Shown: positions 1 to 12,823 of the stretch, piece after piece | Position numbering within the stretch: position 1 is the stretch's first letter | Layout: every line of letters starts with the position of its first letter | DNA from: Macrostomum hystrix | Taxonomy: Eukaryota > Animalia > Platyhelminthes | Length of the DNA: 64,000 nucleotides | Assembly: GCA_950097015.1 (NCBI GenBank) | Contig: CATNEN010000033.1 | Coordinates: 4,774,001-4,838,000 of the forward strand | Direction of reading: 5' to 3' | Position numbers and translations under genes: made by a program | The notes under the pieces: generated by a model | Told to the model about the DNA's origin: nothing | Seen by the model: the letters and a program-made list of their open reading frames with translations, nothing else | Databases searched by the model: none

Positions 1-780
1 ACTGGGCATTGTGTGTCTGGCTCTGTTCACAGCGGACAGCTCCGATGCAGTGTGCAACGCTCTGAACTGCTCGTTCCAGCTCAGTCTGAGCGCCTGCTAC
101 GCCAGTCAGTTGGTGAAGACTCTGCGAGTTCACCTGATTTTCTCTGCGTCCACGATGGGTCGTCCGGTTCCATGGCTCGCCAGACAGAAGCCGATGCTCA
201 TCGCGCTGACAACTGTTATCCTTGGGATGGTGAGTCTTTTCGCACATCAGCACTTGAGCAGTAATCCTGCTGAATCAGTTTCATTGTAGGTCATTCGAAT
301 GATCTGTTGCAGTGCGCTCTGCTCACCGTGGTGACGACACTCCGACCGCTCAGAGCGCAGCTCAACCAAATCGTGACAGATTCTCTGAAGCCGCCGTTCG
401 TCGAGAGGAACTGCGCGATCGCGGCCACGGCGTTCTGGACGCCGCTGTGCTGCAACCTGCTCATCCTGACTGTCACCTGCGGCCTGTCGCTGAAGACGCG
501 ATCTCTGCCCGACAACTTTCACGACACAAAGTGCATCTTGGCCAGCGGAGTTTCCGGCCTCTTCTTGTGGTCCGCCTTCGTTCCGTCCGCCCTCACGGCC
601 AACTCGCTGACCACCGCGATGCTGCTACTCGCGTTCTCGTGCAGCCTCACCCACGCGCTGCTGCTCTCCATCCTGTTCGCGCCGAAGCTGTACGCCGTGT
701 ACGCGAGGTCCGACGCGGAGAACAACGTGCAGTTTTACACCGATAACCATGCAACTACAGTCACGCCTTCAAGGTTTTAA
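1..780 (+). CDS. 3' part of class C GPCR paralog A (7TM region), partial; one intron at 230-312
   Basis: Near-identical to 17045-17780. The apparent stop at 289 lies inside an 83-nt phase-0 intron (ATG|GTGAGT at 230, TTGCAG| at 312). Spliced product reads ILGM-CALL...SLPDNFHDTKCI...LFAPKLY, typical class C TM5-TM7 motifs. Confidence 0.9.
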
Positions 781-1315
781 CTCAAGAATACGAAATTGAA
801 GTACACCTTTTCCCACTATAAACCTTTATAAGAAAAGTTTCATCTTAGCTCTCATCTCGGCGTTGTACTAGTAAAGTACTGCCTATTAGATTCCTCCCAT
901 GGACTCAGGAATGTTTTCAGTGAGTGCGTCCTTAGAGTTTTATCGAAGACTATTTTTGTAGTCCAGTATACTCGTAATCCTTGTTTTAAAGTCCTGTGTG
1001 AAGAAATGTGAGTAAGACTTTTTAATTCATAAAAATAATTTGTACGAGTAGATCTAAAATGTATTTACAACTGGCCTTGCAGTTGGTATATTTTTTTCTT
1101 GTGACCGGCCCCTGAGAGCTCTTTAGCATCTGGTTTAATTTTTTAAGCTAGAGTCATGAATTATGATACCTTAGGTATTTTTTGATATTCTGGTTTTGGT
1201 TGCTTTGATGACTTGAATTTAAACTGTAAGAATTTAGGGGGAAAAGTTAAAAGTTTGTGTTCTGATGTTTCTAACTGGTTTGGACTGCTGAGTTGCATAT
1301 ATTTCGAATTTGTGT

Positions 1316-2087
1316 CGATCCCCACCTCATCCAGTGTGCGTCGTACGCTCTCTGAAGGCCGTCGTGCGCCGTACCCTCGATGTGCCTATATTACGAATCA
1401 AAATCGTTAATGTAAAATATTACTTGAATTGTACATTCGATTGTTTCAAAGGGAGTGTCGTGACTGTGCCTAATTAAAGTGCCCAGTGCACCTTGTTTGT
1501 GAGCGAACCCCCTGCAGTTGGTTTCTTATTTTCGATCACGGCCTGCGCCGCGCTCATTTTTGACTCTGCACCTCTTCCCCCTGTTATTCTGCACTCAGCC
1601 GGCTGGTACCAGTTGTTGTACCTCCCCCCCTAGTTGTTTATGCCGTGCGCTGCGCTGATAGGCGGGGCCGTGTTTTTGGGGGTCTTGTGTCTGCCCTGGC
1701 CCCTCGTGGGTGGGGCTTTAGCCCTGTTCTCTCCCCCCAGCCGCGGCGCTATTTTTTATGGAGCACTGGAGAACACGATTACCTACGACGCCCATCACGA
1801 AATCACCGACTGCCTTGCCTCCCCTCTACGATAACTCTGCTGTTTGAGGGTCTCGACTGATTCGCAAATATCCGGCACGATCTACGGTCATCCGGCCCTG
1901 CCTGCGTCGCGCGGTTGTTTCTATACTTCTGGTTAGTAAGCCTTCGCCTCCGCGTTTGTCCTTTGTTGGGGTTAGCTTAGGTACCCTTAGGTAGGAAGTT
2001 GGAGCGTCGTACGCCGATCCCCACCTCAACCAGTGTGCGTCGTACGCTCGCTGGAGGCCGTCGTGCGTCGTACCCTCGATCTGCCTA
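1316..2087. repeat. Pair of 73-bp direct repeats (1316-1388 and 2015-2087)
   Basis: cgatccccacctca(t/a)ccagtgtgcgtcgtacgctc...gtaccctcgat(g/c)tgccta, about 5 mismatches by eye. Confidence 0.85.
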
Positions 2088-2199
2088 GTCCCAACCGACT
2101 CTGTCGTACGCGGGTCGGTGGGGTCGACCGTAGCCGGGGTCAGTACGCGAGCCCGGGTCTGTGGGGCGCCCCTGAGGACTGAGCCTCGTACATGTGTCT

Positions 2200-2930
2200 G
2201 TGAGCAAGACACTCAATTCCCTAGTGCTTCAGACCGCCCAGCTATAAAGCGGCTACAAACTTTAGGTAGCAACGTCAGGCTCTCCGCGGTCTTCCAGAAT
2301 GAAATGCTTGCCATCAGCTGTTGCGCAGCAGAGCTAAATTCCAGAGACACGACACGCGGTCCATTCTGACAGCCACGTGGCTTTAAAAGCCTTTCGCCAC
2401 ACCACCATCTGCTCGCGGAAGTCAACAAGCTAGCAGACAACCTCGACAAGAGGGCGTCTCCAGCTCCTCCCTGGGCCCTGCACCCATGGCCCTGATCCCC
2501 TTTCTGAGCCCCCCCAAATTCCGGGACAGATGGGCGGGTATCAATTAAGAACTGCCGGCAGTCCCTTGCCACAGTATCGAGCCCCTCTTTTAAAAATACC
2601 CCTGTGAATCAAAATCTGAATGACATCCGCTCCCTCGTCATGACCCTCACGGGACATCGCACCACAGGCAGGAATGGATTCGGAGTTGTAAAACTCAAGG
2701 GTCATGAAGGAAACGTAGACAAAGAGGTCCTCACCTCTCTGATTAATGGCTGTGCTACCCCAATGAAAGCGGTGGGCGTGGATTTCGCCGGCAACCATAA
2801 TCTCGTAGTTTCTGGCGGAGCAGAGCTCAACCAGGGTGGTAAGCGCCTTGGGGTCGACCGCAGCATCGCCTGGTAGATGCACCTTGGCAGTGAGGGTGGT
2901 TTTCACAGTGAGCAGATCCTCGGGTTAAAG
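2200..2930 (-). mobile_element. Degenerate non-LTR retrotransposon (LINE) fragment: APE endonuclease plus linker, R1/LOA-like
   Basis: ORF 2541-2906 contains IMVAGEIHAHRFHWGSTAINQRGEDLF, matching the APE motif GDxNAHHxxWGSxxxNxRGxxL with the catalytic D/N lost. Frame-disrupted continuation downstream. Confidence 0.7.
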
Positions 2931-5921
2931 GACGCAGATAACCCGTTCGTCAGGTCGGATCTGAGCTAAACACCGAAGGGCCTTAGACGCTGACATTGCT
3001 GTCAGTCATGCTAAAAGCAAAACGAAAAATGTGACCTGTATTCATGAATTTGGACATTTAATCCTGATTTAGGAAGACAAAAGCATCTCTGATAGTCACA
3101 GACTACTTTCCCTTTTTATTCTACCCGAATGTATAAAGCCAGGCTAGAGCTCATTTCACCAGACTTTTTCTGAAGTTAAGGAGATTAAAGGGAAGAGTGA
3201 TTTAGAGCTCCCATCATCAAAACGAGATCAAGTTGATCGGACTGAGTTAATGCATCATTACTCCGATCCCATTAGTCCTGTCACTGCCTCAGCAGATATC
3301 ATTTGAGAGCTTTCGAGTTGCTCTGCCAGAGAGCGGAGCTTGCAAACTGATTGCAACTAAACCGATGCAATTTAGTTATGCCAAACAAAAAATGAACAAT
3401 AAATACGAGCTACAACATGCAATAAATTATGCATAAAGTATTAGCTCTAAACACTTTTGCCCAAATCCAAACTCCCGGTGGAACGCGAAAATCGGCTTCA
3501 CTTTAGACCCCAGTTATTTAAGAGCTTTCTAGTTTCTAGTTCTAATCCTATGCATAGGATTGACATTCTATGCACACCAGTCACAACAAAACTAAAACGA
3601 AAAGGGTTTGATTCTATGAACTGGGGTACGTTGCATATAAAATCCGGTTGGTACAATTCGAAAATTTTTCCTATGCAGATTTTAGGGGACATTTTCACTT
3701 CATCTAAGATATGATACGGGTATAATATCCTCGAAATAAGGAGCATTGTGCAGAACATTGAGGAGAAAAAGCTAAGGTATTATCCAGTTCAAATAGTTCA
3801 CGACTGAGCTCTTACATGCACGTCCTCTTAGTCACGGAACGTCATTTACAGCCGACCATCTTCAACAACAATAGACTTGACACGACGTCCGTCTGTAGCT
3901 TGATCGGCGCCAGCTTGCACAGACGATTCACCTGACGAAGCCGAGACAGCGCCAGACGACTCAGCAGACCAACAGACTAAGTCGATGATCCAGGCGAGAC
4001 AGAAACATTCTGCAGACATCAGATGCCAGACGAAAAACTTTAAATGATGACCCAATATATGAACTCTGAACTTTGGCTGAACTCTTGGCAGCTTTTCTAT
4101 ATTTAATATGGAGGAGAGCAAAAATAACTTGAGAAGAAATGTCTGGCGTTGGTCCTAGAACTTCGACCAAAGAATAAATGTACTATACAGAATGCCAGAG
4201 CATCTGAAAAAAATCCGCAGCAAAATTAATATGCAATTAAACTACTTTTGTCACGAAAAACCTTAGTAGTCAGAACATAAGTCACTCTTCTTAAAAGTCA
4301 CTATTTTAACGTATTAAAATACATGGGTAATTTAAGCATTACTCGCAAACTATAACAATTTATATAGTTAAAAAAAGCTATAACATAAAACTATATATAT
4401 ATCCGAACCCATTACTTCACGACGGTTAATGAGCAATTCAGAACAACTAAAATTGTATTTATAGGTGTGTTTCTGCTTTGAAAATACATTTTTACAGATA
4501 CGATATTATAAAACCATACTTGTATTCCAACGCTCGTATGCTACTCTCTGATCTTTCTTTGCAAAAGTAGTTGATGCGTTTGTTAATTTGTGTAAATAAT
4601 CTATGGTCGATTCGCCATTCTGTGTAGATATACTCGTGAGGCAGATCTTTTTTAAACTCCCGCCAATTTTACGCTATTATCTGTAGTCGTCTTTTTTACG
4701 CAACACTCGCGGCTCGTTTTATGTGCCCCAGATGGTCATGCACCCACCCCTATTTTTTGTATAAATATCATGCCATTTTAAAACACTCCTACAACTTGCG
4801 TCTCCCCCGTTCCCAGTGAATCAGCCTCAATAAACACGAACGCTCTTATTTCCTCCTTGTTTCTCAGTTACGATATAAATAAACTGAGTTACTTAGTTAT
4901 TTCTACTAGGAAGAAGCAGTTGAATTTCCTTACCCTCCCGGTCTTCCCACCTAAAGATCCCTCGTCGGCCCTTTAAAACCAAATCCACCCTATTATAAAC
5001 CCCTTTATAACCCGATTATCCCGCCTTAAATCCCATTTAAATACCCACCTGAAGTCTACCTGAAGCCCGCCTGAAGTTCTCTAAATATATCCCCTGAAGT
5101 CCCTAAACTCAGCAATTGTCCACCCTAATGAAACTATATTAATTCCAATCCCATAGAAGAAGGTAACTGCGAAAGCATCACCAGGCAACTTCAATCCATC
5201 CTAATACGCCCCACGGACTGTGTACCTCAAATCAGTGAATTTAGCCCTCGTGCCAGCAGCAGTAAAATATTATTCCCCCCTTTGTTAGTAGCTAGTGTCT
5301 TGCCGCTCGGGCATTAGCGCTACCTTAGGTATAATCCGAACAGCGTGAAAATACCTACTTCTACCCTTATAACTTACGCTACCATCCCCCCCCAAATACT
5401 CAGCTCACCAATCCCAAATCTAGAGAGAGCTGAGAGGTCTGCTACACTCGCATTAAGACTTCGACTATAAAGCCTAACGGGGTTGTCCAAAGTAAAAATT
5501 GATCCGGCATTGTATATTCAATGCATGCTTTTTCATGCATTATATTCAATTTTCATGCATGGTTGTGATTGAGCATTCTGTGTAATATACTGAGTACTAT
5601 GCAAAGTCTGAATGCCTGAAATTATTTAATTGGGGTATGGGGTTGGATTGCCGAACGAATAGAGGAAAGAAAAGGACGGGCCACACAGCTGATCGATAAA
5701 TTATAAATATAATGTACATGTTCGCACGAGTAAGCGATAACAGAGGGGCCCACGCATGGAGAGGATGTTGCGAATGCACAGATTCCGTGACAGAAGCTTG
5801 ACTATTATCTGAACATTGTTAGTGTTCATTATTGAGTTAATTCCCTACATTCAGCCTTAATGCTTAGCTATGGTTATAGACATCAAGAATATTCATGGAT
5901 CTTCTGCCTGCTCTTCGTTCA

Positions 5922-8900
5922 TCAAGCCGCGGGTTCCGCTAAACTCAGCAGCGAACGCTGCAGTTCCTCCTTCATATTGGTCAGCGTTCTTAGTGCGGCG
6001 GCTTCCTTCAGTCCAGTCTGAAAGGAATTAATAAGAATAATTCTGCCTATTCGGCCAAAGAGTGCTGTGGTGGCATGGTGTCAGAGTTTTTCTGAGTTTG
6101 AGTTCAAATCCTTGCTAATCCCAGAATTAATGGAGCTTGTCAGGATATTTCTAAGTAACGCCCAAAAGGAAATTTCTAAGCCACAGTGAAAGTGTGCAGA
6201 TACAAATTTCAGGCCGGATGCACAGCCCAGATCGTATGTTAGCATACATATCCGTGAGTGTGTTCTTGCGCTGTTAGTAAGGGGTCAATGCTGACAATGC
6301 TGTCAGTAAGCCTGTTGCTACTGGTGGGGCAGAGCCCCCTCTCTTTTTTACCTTGTGGTTGCGTTAGGGGTCTCGCGGCCTATTGGCGGCGTTCTGTAAG
6401 TAAGTAACTAACGAGTCAAGATGACGGACAATATTTCTTGCTTCCAATGGCTTGCTAAATGATTCGTCGTAAGTACATACGTGCTGATAGATCATTATCT
6501 CATTTAGGAACAGACACAAAATAGCTATAGAGCCTTACCAACTGCTGCATCAACATGTCTGTGGCAAGGCGCAGCTCCGGATACTCTTCAATGATATCAG
6601 CGTGCGACTGGATCAGACGCACCACCTGATCAACATCAACATCCTTGCTGCAGTACTCCAGTCCAACGAGCAGCTCTTGAGGATCCATTGAGTTGGACTG
6701 CAACAAGTCCTCAACCCAGCGGCGGGTCTCCTGCCTCTGCTCACCTCTTTCCAACAGTTCGTGTCTCAGACACCTGAGCAGGGCGTCAAAGTTTATGTAA
6801 AAGTATGTTCTATAATTCCTCATCTGTAACGGGAAAATTCTTCGCATGACCAAGGGCAGGAAGTCTAGCTCTGGCCGCTTCTTGCTCCAAAAGAAGAACT
6901 TCCAGGCGGAGTCTGTTCCCTTCAGGTGCTGCCACACTTGGTCAACAATTCGGGGCGACACTTCCTCTGCAATGGATTCGCTAAATTCAAAAGACATGCC
7001 CCTGCTGACACCCCAGTGTCCAAGACTGTTCTTCAGAATCTCACATGCCTCACTAGACATGCCCTGCTTAAGACTAGCCATAACTCGCAGACACTCCCTA
7101 GCAGAGAAGGCGCAGTCTGGAATACGGTCAAGGTCGGCCGTCAACGACTGGGCAGAAGAGGCGTCGGTCTCTTGGGACAACTGATGCAACAGAGAAGTGA
7201 CCATTGTGTAGATCTCGTGGTATTCCAATTGACCACTACTAGCAGAGACTTTTTTCACTGGGAGAATCTCAAAAGACAGCCCAGGAATAGTTAGGAATGG
7301 GTGGAAGTAGAATAAATTTGTTTTCAGGGGCCGAAGCGTGCCTAAGAACTGTTGCAGCAGGTTGTCCAGTTTGTTAATAGTCTCTGTTACCACTTGAGCA
7401 GTCTGGGCTTTTTCGCCGCCTTTTTTCAGATACACAATGGCGTCCCGCATGAAGAAGTGTCTCATGCACTCGTTGCCAGCAGTCCCCCTGTCTTTAAGGT
7501 GACGCAAAAGCATCTGCAGGGCTCGCCTGATCAGTGCAACCAGGTTCCTCGGCTCCCAAACCACAGATGGCTGCTCCTCTAGCATGTAGAATATGATAGT
7601 CTTGGCGTGGTAGGACTTGAGCCCATCAACCCTAGCAGAGATTATCTTCTTGATTAGATATTTCAACAGAATGAACACCTGGCCCTGCACGTCCGTGAGG
7701 CTGCGCATCAGTCGCCGCTCTAGAAAGGTGGTGCTGACGCGCAGAAAGTTTCCCTCCGCGCCTGGTGGAGCAGCTGTGGCCAGGTGGCAGGAGGATGTGA
7801 TCAGTTCCTGTCTAAGAGACTGCAGTACCTGAGGTGACACATTGGTGGACCAGCACTCTTCCTGCAGCATATGTATCGTAGGATAGGCGCAGCAGCGGTG
7901 AACCCTGACTGAGTCGACAGCCGGCTTTAGCGATGATCCTCTGAGCGGATTGGCTGGACAGGCAGCTGTAAGAATATCCACAGTGAGAAGCTGTAAGTAC
8001 TGTGAATTGGCTATTTTGAACGATGGAATATAGTGTGCGAGAAACGTCAGTAAATGTTCACGTTGAAAAAGAAGAAATACGCTCGTATGATCAATCCAAA
8101 ATGTTTTGTGATTCTGGAAGTTGTTTCATCGGATAGAGCGGAACATTTTAGCCCGTATTTAGGATTTTTATGGTGACTGGTTGAATATTTTAGGAGATAC
8201 AGAAAAAAATGTGGGCCTTTGAAATACCCCGCGGTGTTTCTAGTGTTTAAAGTTGGAAGCAGCGTCTTAAGTAGAGTTTCATAATTGAGCTCGTATTTAC
8301 GAGTAGTTACTGGTAGATAATACATTGGCCTCTTGCATCTTAGACACAGGTAATTATTCCATCGCAAGGTGACATTCATTTGGGGCAAATCCACAGAGAG
8401 AATGCTTCGGTCCTTGGTTTGAGCAGTTTGTCTGGTCTGCTAGTTCAAAATGCCACAAAATTCTAATTGGCTAGGGGGCCAACTGCCATGTCAAAGTTAC
8501 TAAAACTTACGCAATCCTCTCCATTCCATGTGTCCATTTGCGTACTCGAGTGTCGTGTCCGGGTCCACAGCATTGCACTGGCACTTGCCTTTAATATGGA
8601 AGTGGTTGCTCTGGAAAAACTGGGTCACGTCGATATCCGAGTCCGCGTCCGTTGTGCCGTCAAGTCTGACTAGGCTGTTTCCCCAGCCTTCCGAAAAGCT
8701 GCCAACAACAAAGATTTCTTCTACACCGAACAAGCGCCTAGTGATCTGCTGTAGGACGTCAGCCACAGCGGATTGAACGGACGCCCTGGACTGCTTGAAG
8801 CCAGACCGTGACATCGCAGAGTTCAGCCGTAAGCTAAGTTCTTCGCCTGTCTCTGCTATTAACCTGTAATGCAGCGATGGGCGATACCCTAGAAAGTGAT

Positions 8901-10733
8901 GCCAGCACTTTCAGCGGTTTGTGTAGGTTATTAAGTAAACTAAAACTCGATGCTAAAAGCTGCTGTGCAATGGAAAAATACTGCTGTAATAAAAAATTAC
9001 CTTTCTGGCTTCTGCGCTGCAGATCTCATATGGTTCAGCTGTTCCTGCAACTGAATGCACTCTCCTAACAGTTCTTCACACCGCACAGAGATAAGCCACG
9101 ATGGCCGCCCGCCGCCGTCCAGCAAATCCAGAGCAGCTTGAGTCTTGCCGTGCAGGCACAGAAATTCAAAGTGATTCGGATCAACGGAGAGGCCACTGGC
9201 AATGCTGCTTTTGCTTGTGGCCTCAGCAAGCAGCTTAGCAACCTCATAGTGACCGCTCTCCAGTGCGATCTGCTGAGGTGTTCGCAGAGAAATGTTGGGC
9301 CGTGTGGCATCCGCTCGAGCTCGAAGCAGAAGCTCTACTGTCCTCCGATGTCCATTCTGAGCTGCGACATACAGAGGTGTTGAGCCCCTGATATTAGTCC
9401 TGTTGACGTCTGCGTGTCCCTTAATTAGCGCGTCAACTATCTCATTCCGGCCAATCTGGGCGGCTACGAACAACGGCGTCTTGCCTTCTTCCGCGGTCTG
9501 TGCGTTGACATTTGCGCCAGCGTCAATCAGCAGCTGGACCACTGACTGATAGCCGTTCTGAGCGGCTCCCAAGATGGGCGCCACCCCGTCAATGTCCATT
9601 GCATTAACGTCAGCCTGAGCCCTTATCAGCGCGTCCGCCACCATTCTGTGCCCATGTAGGGCAGCCACCTGAATTGGCGAGGACCCCTCGCGCTGCTGAA
9701 AGTCGGGATCCGCACGAGACTTCAGCAGCGTCTCTACTACGCGGAGGTGCCCTTGAGCGGCGGCTATGTACAGCGGTACTTCGCCTTTGTTAGTGGCCAG
9801 GTCTACGTTAGCTTGGGCACTAACTAGCTGGGTGACTATTGTGTGGTGACCGTGCTGTGCGGCAATGTATAGCGGCGTGACACCCTCCGCTGTCTGGGCA
9901 TTTACATCTGCCTGAGCTTCGACCAGCACTGCTACAATATCGTTTTGTCCATGGTGACAGGCAATCCACAGTGCGGAGAATCCGCTTTTTGTCACAGCGT
10001 CAACGTCAGCCTGAGCCCTGATTAAAAGCTTTGCCGTTTCCAGATGGCCACTGTTTGCGGCAAAATGAATGGCTGCCTCACCCTTATGATTTACTTGGTC
10101 ACAGTTTATTCCTGCCGTAACCAGGGACTTGACTATTTTAGTGTGCCCGAATGATGAAGCGATCGCTATTGGAAATGACGAACCATTCGCACCTGGCAAT
10201 GAGCAATCAGCGCCAGCTCCAAGCAGCAGGTCAAGCAGCTCCTGTTTGTTGAATCTTGACGCCATATTGATTGCCGCCAGGCCACGACTGTTGGGCAGGT
10301 TGATGTCACAGTGCGCCCCGATTAGCTCCTGGACAACTGATCTGTGACCGGCGTGTGCGGCGAGAACCAGGCTCGGGGTAGCGGCCTGGCCGGCGCTGAA
10401 TTCAGCTCTCGCCCCGGCGCGCAGCAGAGAAGCGACTACCCGACGGTTGCCAGCTATTGATGACGCAGTCAGCGGAGATTTTTGGTCCCTTGTAACAAGA
10501 TTAACGTCAGCTGATGCTCTAACCAATAAGTCAACCACATCGCAGTGACCACTATCAGCAGCCAAGAAGATGGCTGTCTCACCTGCCTCTGTTTGGATGT
10601 CAACATTGGCCTGTGCCTTTACTAGGATCTCCACAGTATTAGCATCGCCACCCGCTGCGGCGATGTGCAGTGCAGACCGCCCCTCAGCGTCTTGTTGGTC
10701 AATTGGATCCTGAGGCTGGATGGCGAGCTCCAT
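5922..10733 (-). CDS. Ankyrin-repeat (about 15) plus cGAS-like/Mab-21 nucleotidyltransferase fusion protein, about 1202 aa; exons 10733-9001, 8863-8511, 7965-6539, 6017-5922
   Basis: Phase-consistent GT-AG junctions: GAAAG|GTAATT..TTACAG|G, TTGC|GTAAGT..TTCTTACAG|CT, TTG|GTAAGG..TTTCAG|ACT. In-frame TAA directly before the ATG. NTase motif VVGSFSEG..DSDID, third acidic residue candidate in AVDSV, Mab-21 motifs LKSYHAKTIIF and CMRHFF. Exon 4 is less certain; without it the ORF stops at 6500. Confidence 0.88.
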
Positions 10734-11249
10734 TTAAACTCCTTGCTGCTTTCTGACGCTTATGCTTCCTAGTTGTCTGCTTCTTGCTAGCTTCATGTCT
10801 ATTTATGAAGCTATATAGAGTATAGACACTCGCTCTACGCTGGTTTCCACTTAGGGTAGAAATGCACGCGTTGCTTTGCCTGACATGCTTCGCTCTGCTT
10901 CTCTGCGTCGTAGGCAAAAGGCGCAAACTAAAACTTCTGTCTAACTAAATACAGTCAGTCTCTGATAAATAGTCACTTTTGTAGTCCTAATTTTGTACGC
11001 ACAATGTACGCACAGCGGCGATCTTTTTTTAGACGCGATCTTTTCTGGATTTTTAGTGCTGACAAGCATACAAGCCGCAGACATTTAGTATATTTGGACA
11101 TGCACACAACTACGAAACAGAAAATTAAACGCCATGACAAAAATGCAGATTTTAATTTTTATGAAGCTAAAATCGAAGCTTAAAATCCTGTCAAACGAAC
11201 TCGATCTCATGGATCTTGAAAATGAATTTCTTCAAATTTACTGTCATTC

Positions 11250-12683
11250 TAAAGGATCAATGTACAGTATAGCAATGTTCATAATATTTTTTGGAATGAC
11301 AGGACAGAGAAAAAGAGAGAGAGAGAGAGAGAGAGAGAATGAGGCGTATGCGCCCCAAATTTACTCTAGCCTAGAACACCAACAGCTGTTCACTCGCACC
11401 TCCTCCAGATAGTTGGACATTGAGAGTGGGTTTGTGTAACTTAATGTGCAGAGCTTCAAGAATGTTAAGTTTATGCTCGTTTTTGCTGTTGTCTATGACC
11501 TTGAAATGAGAGGTTATGTCTGGCTCATCACAACAACCATGGCATTGCAGCAAATGTTCATGAATCGGAGAGTTTCGTTGCCTATGTTCCTTGGCTCTCG
11601 TGAGTAGGTGTCGCTTGGTTTTACCCATGTAGGTAATGCTCTGGTCAACAGAGCAACGAAAACGATAGATGACACCTGCCTTGAGAGCACATGGAACACG
11701 AGACTTTAAACTCCCAACAAATTGACTGACTTTATGAGTACGGAACACAACATGAATCTTAGTCTTAAAGAATTTTTGCCAAGTTTTGCGAATTTGCCTC
11801 TTAAACACAATCGAAGAGTTGCCCAAAAAAGGAAGAGTCAAGATTGGTTCTCCTGGTTCTCTATCTGGCCGCTTAGGTTTAAGCTTTTTTTCAATTTTTT
11901 CATCTAAGAAATTACCAATAACCTTCATGATGTAGTTGATAGGGTATCCATTGGCAGTGAGAATATTGATAATGTTGGTAAACTCGTTGTGCAGCAACGA
12001 CCAAGAGCAACATACTGTATAGGCACGATGAAGCAGACAACGAATGACTACCGTCTTCCATTCCCTGGGGCACATCGCCTGGAAATTAAGCATCAAGTTA
12101 GTGAATGTGGGCTTGCGATACACTTCGGTCTCAATAGCGCAGTCCTTCAGATGGATCTCGATGTCAAGGAACGGTAGTTTCTTTCCGCCATATTCCACGG
12201 TGAATTTAATGTTAGGATGGGTGGCGTTTATTGTGTTGAAAAATTGCAGAAAGTCTTCCTCGTTATCAAAAATAGCGCATGTGTCATCGACATACCGTTT
12301 GTAAAATTTCGGAGCACAGCTTTTTTCCATCCAGGTTTTCTCCCAATGTGACATGCAAACGTTAGCAAGAGTGGGGGCAAGAGGGCTGCCCATAGCGCAG
12401 CCGTCAATTTGCTGGAAGTACTTATCGCCGAATTGGAATATCCCAGACGTGGCAATAACCAACAATTTCTTAAACACTTTCTCCGGGATTGGTGGCGCTG
12501 GGTTGTCTTTGAAGACCAAATTGGTAGCAATGTCGATCGCCAGATTCAGCGGAACATTGGTAAATAGTGAGGTGACATCCCATTAAGTTACACAAACCCA
12601 CTCTCAATGTCCAACTATCTGGAGGAGGTGCGAGTGAACAGCTGTTGGTGTTCTAGGCTAGAGTACATTTGGGGCGCATACGC

Positions 12684-12719
<36 letters not shown>

Positions 12720-12823
12720 CTCTGTCCTGTCATTCCAAAAATATTATGAACATTGCTATACTGTACATTGATCCTTTAGTCCTTTTATATCTTTTCAATA
12801 CCTGATTTTGTCGTCTACACAGT
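11250..12823 (-). mobile_element. Penelope-like element, 5'-truncated, with an inverted copy of its 3' end
   Basis: About 198-bp inverted repeat 11249-11446 / 12581-12779 including a (GA)n tract. 14-bp TSD atttactgtcattc at 11236-11249 and 12824-12837. Encodes RT plus GIY-YIG. Confidence 0.92.
11371..12580 (-). CDS. PLE reverse transcriptase (C-terminal half) plus GIY-YIG endonuclease
   Basis: Frame is open to the truncation point: DVTSLFTNVP, QIDGCAMGSPLAP, YVDD, then GVIYRF..YMGKTKR..R..EH. Confidence 0.92.

Noticed and set aside
230-312. Apparent premature stop/frameshift shared by both GPCR copies (also 17274-17356)
   Set aside because: Fully explained by a canonical 83-nt phase-0 GT-AG intron.
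3457-4170. AT-rich short ORFs, possibly a LINE or viral relic
   Set aside because: Only vague resemblance to RT C-terminal sequence; no motif I can defend.
4740-5450. C-rich, strand-biased stretch suspected to be a mitochondrial insertion
   Set aside because: I recognised no mitochondrial protein or rRNA motif on either strand.
11250-12823. Hammerhead ribozyme in the PLE terminal repeat
   Set aside because: No CUGAUGA/GAAA core found in either arm; the copy may be truncated before it.
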